Assembly (NCBI RefSeq): GCF_006345805.1
Contig: NC_043012.1
Span: 1,426,001 to 1,490,000 of the forward strand
Origin: Octopus sinensis
Taxonomy: Eukaryota
Reading direction: 5' to 3'
Length of the DNA stretch: 64,000 bases
Shown here: positions 57,023 to 64,000 of the stretch, in pieces
How positions within the stretch are numbered: the first letter of the stretch is position 1
How the letters are laid out: each line of letters opens with the position of its first letter
The notes under the pieces: model-generated
The model's database searches: none
What the model was told of the DNA's origin: nothing
What the model saw: only the letters and a program-made list of their open reading frames with translations
Made by a program: the position numbers and the translations under genes

Positions 57023-57800
57023 CGACCTCAGCGGAATTTGAACTCAGAAACGTAACGGCAGACGAAATACGGCTACGCATTTCGCCCGGCGTGCTAACGT
57101 TTCTGCCAGCTCGCCTTATATAATATAATATGTTGTGTGTGTGTCTATAGGTTTTTGTGCGTGTGCGTGCGTGTTTAATTTACATGCGTTGCTGTTTTGA
57201 AAGTTTGCTGTGAAATTGCGTTTGTACTGCAGATTGCAACAAAAGTATCTCCCTGAAACGGTCACCTTTTTTCAGAAAGGTTTTGGTGTACAGCGATCAA
57301 CACCATGGTATTAAATGAAAAGAAAAAAATAATAGAGCCAATTGTAAAATATCGGTTTCGAATTTTAGCACAAGGCCAGTCATTTCGGGGGAAGGGGCCA
57401 AGTCGATTCCATCGACCCCAATACTCAACTGGTACTTATTTTGTCGATTTCAAAAGGGTGATCGGAAAATATCGACCACGGGGGAATTTGAACTCAGAAC
57501 GTAGAAACGGATGAAATGCCGATAAGTATTTTACCCGGAGTGGTGGTAAACGATTCTGCCAGCTCGCCGCTTTAGAGTATGGTAAAATATTGATTTCATA
57601 TTTGAGCACAAGGCCAGAAATTTCAGGGAGAGTGTACGTCGAATGCCTCGACCCAAGTACTCAACTGGTACTTATTTTATCGAAGGATGAAATGTAATAC
57701 GACCAGCCCAGAATTTGAATTCAAAACGTAGAAACGAACGAAATACCGATAAACATTTTATCTGATACACTAAACGATTTTACCACCTCGTCGCATTAGA
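56890..57800 (-). mobile_element. Three SINE family A copies (about 56890-57115, 57345-57572, 57600-57800)
   Basis: Reverse-complement cores. Confidence 0.8.
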
Positions 57801-59472
57801 GAAGGGTAAAATATTAGCCGTAATGCAGCAGAAAAATACCATGGTAACCTCTATTAAGCGAATCCGTATTATTTTAGCCGCCGGTCAGACATTTTGACTT
57901 AATTTCAAATGGCGAATCACGCCCTGGAGAACTATAAATATATTTAATTTCTCTGAGAAAATGCCAACTTAACAGTGTCTTTAAAACTAAGTATGGCTTT
58001 GGTATATTAATGGACAAATGGAGTATTAGAATCGACTCTACTTTAAAGTATTTTACATGGAATTGTGGAATGAGAAGTCTGTTGTTTCTGCTTTAATGCA
58101 GTTTGATTTTTTTTTCTAGTATTGGAATTTTTTTTCTGTTTTGCAAATTTGTTTTACTGAAATCCTCTTAACTATGACATTGAAATGCTAACTATATTAT
58201 TATTGCAGACATCTTTTTTAACAGTAAAAGTTTTAAATCTAGACAATATCATTATCACGTCAAAACAGAATTAGGAAAGAATATGTGAAACCTCACTCAA
58301 TTCTATGTATGCATGCATATATATGTATATATGTGTTTGCGTGCATAGAAATGTGTGTACATGCTTACATATGTATGTGTATGTATCTATCTTTGTATGA
58401 ATGCATACAGACAGGCAAAAACACAGACATACACACACACATATATATTTGATATAATATATAATAAATAATGTATAAAGTATAATAAAACGCATATAAA
58501 TTTGGCAATGCCATATTTTGGAAATACTGAAAAATGCTAAAAATACCCTTTCTCGTAAGAGAAGAACCCACACGTAAGTTCATGAATATCTACCATCACC
58601 CACACATGCATATATTACTTAACTCACAGACACACACAGATAGATAGATATTATTCTTTAGCAATAATAATACTGACATTGACTTCATCGGATTGCGACC
58701 TTTTAAGCTAACCTTGGCTCTATATAGTCTCTCTTGAGAGGAAATTTCTCTTCACCAACACCATTCACATCTTAGGGCATCCTCTTGCGAATATCAATGT
58801 ACAAAAATAAACAATTTTCTATACGAACAACACCATGATATGCTAGACTAATAACTTCGAGCTTCCAAATACAAGCAAGAAATTACCTAAATAACATAGA
58901 AAATGGATAATGAAGCTTACTGCCCGGCTAACACATACCATTCATTTACATTTTTTTGTGAAACCTAAAAAATATCATAATAATAAACATGAATTACAAA
59001 GTTTAACTGCAGGAGTAAAATTCGAAATTTACATTGCCAAAACAAAGGAGTAAATCCAGAAAAAAAATAGTAATGACATATGCACTGCCCAGAAAGCTTC
59101 CTCCAACTAACTACATTTTGTGAACCACTAAAACCTATCCCATGACCTGAAGCTGATGCACCTAAATATACACGTCTGTTTTCAAAGTTTTACACGCAAG
59201 AATATATTCTCTACAATGATATAACTCACAAGTTAATAAATAAAAATATCTCCACATCGCTTCTCCATCATAACCCAACCTACGACTTAATTACCTTTTC
59301 AACTGAACCCCACGAAGTCCAGATCTCGGTGTTCAAACACCACAAATAACTTTGTATTTCACCTTTTCGTTAGAGGTCGAAAAATTAAGGAAGAGTCAAA
59401 TTTATGGGGTCAGTTTTTTATTCTAATTTCTCTCTGTTTACTTGTTTGTTTGTCTGTCTCTGTCTCTATATC

Positions 59473-59503
<31 letters not shown>

Positions 59504-59519
59504 ATCTCTGTTAATGAAG

Positions 59520-60285
59520 AAAGTGTCTGTGCTTGAATGGGATGGATACCACATCATTAGTTCTGTAAATCCCCGAGACATGCCGTATGTCCAGAAGCCG
59601 TCCTCACTATTTGAGAGCCGAAAACCAAAATCAAGTTCCAGAGTTTACATCTAACGGTAACACTACAGAATGATTTCAGCGTTCATTTTAAATAAAGAAA
59701 AAATCCTAAACCTGTGAAAACCTAAGTCTATAAATAGAATATAAAAGTTTATACAATTTGTAAATAAGACAAATACGTTAGTCGTAAGAAGAATTCATAT
59801 CAGTGGCAGAGCCCTTCTTTTTAAAGATTTTTTAAAAGTTTCGTGCAAGTAAAAATAGTAAATCACTTATAACTGTTTACATTGATGTCACTCATGGCTT
59901 TTTTCCAGAACCAACCAGAGATTTGCAACTCAGGAAACCAAGATAATGATATAGATGTGAAGCATCTTTTTGTACTTATGTGCTTCATCTCAAACTACTG
60001 TTAATGCAATAAGTTTTTATATGACTATGAAGACTTATAACTACCTATAACTATAATGAACGTTTACGTGGTTGGTAAATGCATGTGTTCAGCTATAAAT
60101 ATATTCATAAATACCTCTCTCTCTCTCTTTCTCTCCCTCCCTTTCCATGAAGGAATTCTTTGTGTTTGAATGGGATGGACACCACATCATTATAGTTCTC
60201 TAAATTACCGAGAGGTCCTCACTATTTAAGAGCCGAAAGCCGAGATCAAGTTCCAGAGTTTACAACTAACAGCAACACATTATTT
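59520..60285. repeat. Diverged ~130-bp duplication (about 59525-59665 and 60160-60280)
   Basis: TTGAATGGGATGGA.ACCACATCATTA..GTCCTCACTATTT.AGAGCCGAAA.C..ATCAAGTTCCAGAGTTTACA.CTAAC occurs twice. Confidence 0.85.
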
Positions 60286-60350
60286 ACATTATTCACATTA
60301 TACCTTCCAGCCTTCATCAGGGGAACTTTCGAACCTGAGTATTTTTCGAT
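60283..60350 (-). mobile_element. Internally deleted family H3 fragment
   Basis: Minus strand CAGGTTCGAAAGTTCCC-CUGAUGA-A-GGCUGGAAGGUAUAU, then a jump to AATGTGAATAATGTAAATAA. Confidence 0.7.
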
Positions 60351-60372
60351 GTTGTTGTTGTTGTTGTTGTTG

Positions 60373-60446
<74 letters not shown>

Positions 60447-60671
60447 TTTCCTTCTTCAAATTTTCTTCCGTTTCTCGCCGAGTCTTTTCGTACACCTAGG
60501 GCAGAGAAGACCATTGTATGCATTCCCAGATTACACACGCAAATTCATAGGTAAAATATGTATTTAAAAAATTAATGAATAAATGAATTCATGAATGGAA
60601 ATTGTTTTCACATCGATAATACTCTTTTCAGTACATGAGCCGTTCCTATCACCATTGCTATTGTTATTATT

Positions 60672-61005
60672 AAGGTGGCGAGCTAGTAGAATCGTTAGCA
60701 CGCCGGACGAAATGCCTAGTCTTATTTTTTCCGCCTTCACGTTTTGAGTCCAGAGTCGATTTCCCTTTTCTATCTTCCGGGTTTTCATAAAATAAGTACC
60801 ATTTGAGTAGTGGGGGACGATGTAATCGAGTTCCCCACCCCCAAATATTTTCAGGGGTTGTGGCTGTGTGGTAAGTTTCTTGCTTACTAACCACATGGTT
60901 CCAGGTTCACTCCCTCTGCGTGGCACCTTGGGCAAGTGTCTTCTACTATAGCCTCGGGCCGACCAAAGCCTTGTGAGTGGATTTGGTAGGCGGAAACTGA
61001 AAGAA
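60672..61005 (+). mobile_element. SINE family A (60672-60845) followed by a SINE family B head (60858-61005)
   Basis: Match to both family consensuses seen elsewhere in the window. Confidence 0.8.
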
Positions 61006-61249
61006 GTAATCAAAGAAACAGAAGAAATATTCCTGTAATATAAAACGGTTATCTTCACTTTGAATATATGAATTGAAGATTTTTGGTTTGATTCTCTGAA
61101 AGTGAATAAGAAGTAGCACCGGACTAAACAATTATTAGTGATGTGTAAACATTTTTATCATTTCGAGCAGCGTACTTATTTCTTCTAAGAATTATCGGTC
61201 TCCAAACAACCGAATTAAATTTCGATCCGCTCAGAGGAATTTATTTTGT

Positions 61250-61600
61250 TTTCAACAGTAAAACGGAGGTATTGCTGTTCACTCGTGTTCGTTTGTCCGT
61301 GGACAAGATATCTCAAGAACCGCTGCTTGGATTCGGATGAAACTTTCAAGGAATTTAGACTCGTGACTGACATGAACTTATTAGCTTTTGGGATCGATCC
61401 AGTACCGGTCAGGGATTCTGGATTATTTTTCCTGTTTTTTACTTAATTTTTGAGAGTGGTCACGTTCATTTTTAGTATTCTTGTTTGTGAGATCAGTCGA
61501 GTTTATTTCAGATATTGCCATTATAAAAATCATCTCTGGCTAATCGTTGAGAGGACGTTGGTGTTGCCTTGGCGGAGGTTTGCCCTCCCTGAGTGCTCTT
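61250..61600 (+). mobile_element. Helitron/Helentron-associated non-autonomous element (HINE-like)
   Basis: CGGAGGTATTG..GTTTGTCCGTGGACAAGATATCTCAAG..GGATTCGGATGAAACTTTCA..CTTGGCGGAGGTTTGCCCTCCCTGAGTGCT layout, recognised by eye only. Confidence 0.5.
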
Positions 61601-63238
61601 GTTTAATGATTTTTTTAGGGTTCCTATTTTGTATTCCACAAGACGTCACTTTATTTCTCTGGTTTTTATTTCCATAATAATTGTTTTCTTTCATAATCTA
61701 CCCAAATCTTTCGTCATGATTATGAATGTCTTACGTCAAGATAAATAAGCCTTTGTGATTTCAAGTTCATGAAGATGAACAGAGAGCAACATCAAATACT
61801 GACATCTCCTTTCAAATTGGTATCGTCATGTTTCTATAAAGACCTCAATCGAAGGTGTCCCTATTGTTATTAACCTTTACTTCAGTGGTACCTGGACCAA
61901 CATCCATTTCTAAGATATTAGAATTTTCATTTCGGCGAAACTTAGCAACTCTCATTAACATATCGAGAAACACCAACACCTCCCTAATTTCCTGAAGCTT
62001 TTGTCCGTGTGTATGTGTGCGTGTGTGTGCGTGTGTGTGTGTGTGCTTGTGTGTGTGTCAGTGTTTGTATGGGTTTGTGTGTTTCTGTGTATGGACGTGA
62101 GCGTATATACGTGGGTATACGTGATTGTTTGCGTTGCGTTATTGTGGGGGTAATATATTGTGAGCTGTAAAACCATTTCCGTTTTTCTTTCATTGAAATC
62201 TTATTGACGCAGAAAATATTGGCTGGGCGCCATTTTACTGGCCTTTTTTCAGTGTTGCATTTAGTTGTCACCGACTGTAATTCAATGCTAAATGTCTGTC
62301 ATAACCTGGTGATTTAATTCTCTGAGTGACTTCACTGGATGTCCTAATTACGGCTTACTAATGTAATGACACCTTTACAAATGCCTGCTTCACATAAATA
62401 GAGTATAAATACACCCTCTAACCCATATTGTCATTGATTTGATACGAGAGTATGTGAAATATCTTTGTAAGTTAATTCTACCCGAATGAAATTAATTTTG
62501 ATTTAATTCTACCCTTCCTGAAAAGAATTCGTTGTGATTGCTCGCTTTGTTTTTGTTTGTTTTTTATTTGTTATACTCTTTATTTTCGACGTTTGTCATA
62601 TCTTTATTAAGAGAAAAGTGTAAAAAGAACAATATGCGAAGATAATCAAGAGAAAAGCAAATGAAATCCATTCCATAAGCAATACGAAACTTCGTACGTT
62701 ACAATGATTATGTCATTTCGATTGTCTCTTTATGTCTTCTCGTCTGATACAGACTACGAATGTATAGTTACATATTTTTTATATCTGTATGACGTTTGAA
62801 AATACAACACCACATACACACACACATACTACACCCATACAGAGCCTGTAGTCACATACAGATCATGTGTAAAGTATTTAGAGATTAATATACAAACATA
62901 TTCATTCTCTCTCTCCTGCTTTCTTTATCCCTCTCCATGTCTATCTATCTCGTTATATATTTATGACTTATGACAGCATGTACGTAATAATATGCAATAA
63001 TGTGCGTATATATGTGTGTGTGTCTGTGTGTATACACAAAGAATAACAATCTTAATTATATATGAACAAAGTTATAGTTTAACATTCATGTGCGCAGTAT
63101 TACTGTTAATACAGTTTTATATTTAAGAGATGAGGAATTATGTACATTACAACAACAACAACAACAATAATAATAACAATAATAATAATAATATTAATAA
63201 TAATAATAATAATATTAATAAATAATAATAATAATGAC

Positions 63239-63300
<62 letters not shown>

Positions 63301-63320
63301 TAATAATGACAATATTAATA

Positions 63321-63352
<32 letters not shown>

Positions 63353-63599
63353 CCCTGGCTTACCATCCATACAGGAAGTGCAAAAGGCTGTCTTCACTGC
63401 TACGTATTGAGAAGGGCATTGTCCCTGTGAATTTTCTTTCCCTTTTCCCTCTTTAGTTTCTTAGTTTACTTTTTTATTCTTAATTTTTTAAAAGTCAAGA
63501 AATATTTTTTTTCTTTTTCTCTCTGTCTTTCTTCCCATTTTTTTCTTTATCACATGACTTTGTGAATGGACAATTTGGTATGTCAATAACATCGATTAC

Positions 63600-63748
63600 A
63601 ATGTTTCACTAGTACTGAATCTATTCAGCCGGAAAAGATGAACGGCCACGTCGCCCTAGGCGGAATTTGAACTCAGAACCTGAAGACGGACGAAAAACCA
63701 ATAAGTATCTTCTTCGGCGTGCTAATGATTCTGCCAGGTTGCCGCTTT
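63600..63748 (-). mobile_element. SINE family A, partial
   Basis: GGCGGAATTTGAACTCAGAAC..GATTCTGCCAGGTTGCCGC. Confidence 0.75.
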
Positions 63749-64000
63749 AGTAAAAAGAATAATAACCCTTTCTATTTAAAGTGGCTCTCGTGGCTTCTAA
63801 TCATAACTCATTGGAAGCGTTATCATGTACATTTTGTCTTGGTATAAAAGATGGGCTACAGCAAATATTCTGCTCAATACCACAGATTTGCTTGTCAGTT
63901 GTTTGACTTTAACCAGTTAGGCATGTACCTTAGTGGCTAACGATATGTACATCTCTGATCACGAGCAGAAGTAGTGGGGAAGCATCATAGCCATGTGTTG

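Noticed and set aside
59295-59362. Minus-strand VFEHRDLD, resembling a CDK VFEH motif
   Set aside because: In-frame stop before the donor, and the acceptor overlaps a SINE remnant.

Overview
This window looks like AT-rich eukaryotic genomic DNA, not prokaryotic. The host is most likely an octopus or another coleoid cephalopod; this is an inference from its SINE families and the extreme (TA)n/(AAT)n/(GAT)n/(TATG)n content. There is no confidently identifiable host gene, rRNA, true tRNA or CRISPR array. Nearly all ORFs in the supplied track are microsatellite artefacts. The window holds about 20 copies or fragments of two tRNA-derived SINE families and several decayed transposon fragments: R4/Dong-like, Tx1-like, RTE and CR1 LINEs, a Penelope-like GIY-YIG endonuclease, a Tigger/pogo element, a DD37D Tc1/mariner transposase, MITEs and a Helitron-like element. 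It also has a 100-N gap and a few weak candidate exons. The most interesting signal is about nine type I minimal hammerhead-ribozyme-like motifs from at least six sequence families. They lie in a Penelope 3' repeat, in short non-coding elements inserted in (TA)n, and in a tRNA-headed SINE whose inverted partner copy begins at the predicted self-cleavage site. Most copies carry core mutations, so activity is unproven. Other highlights are a pre-miRNA-like hairpin with canonical geometry (12155-12215), a 725-bp palindrome and a triplicated MITE; the last two could be assembly artefacts. All assignments were made by eye, and repeat boundaries are approximate.
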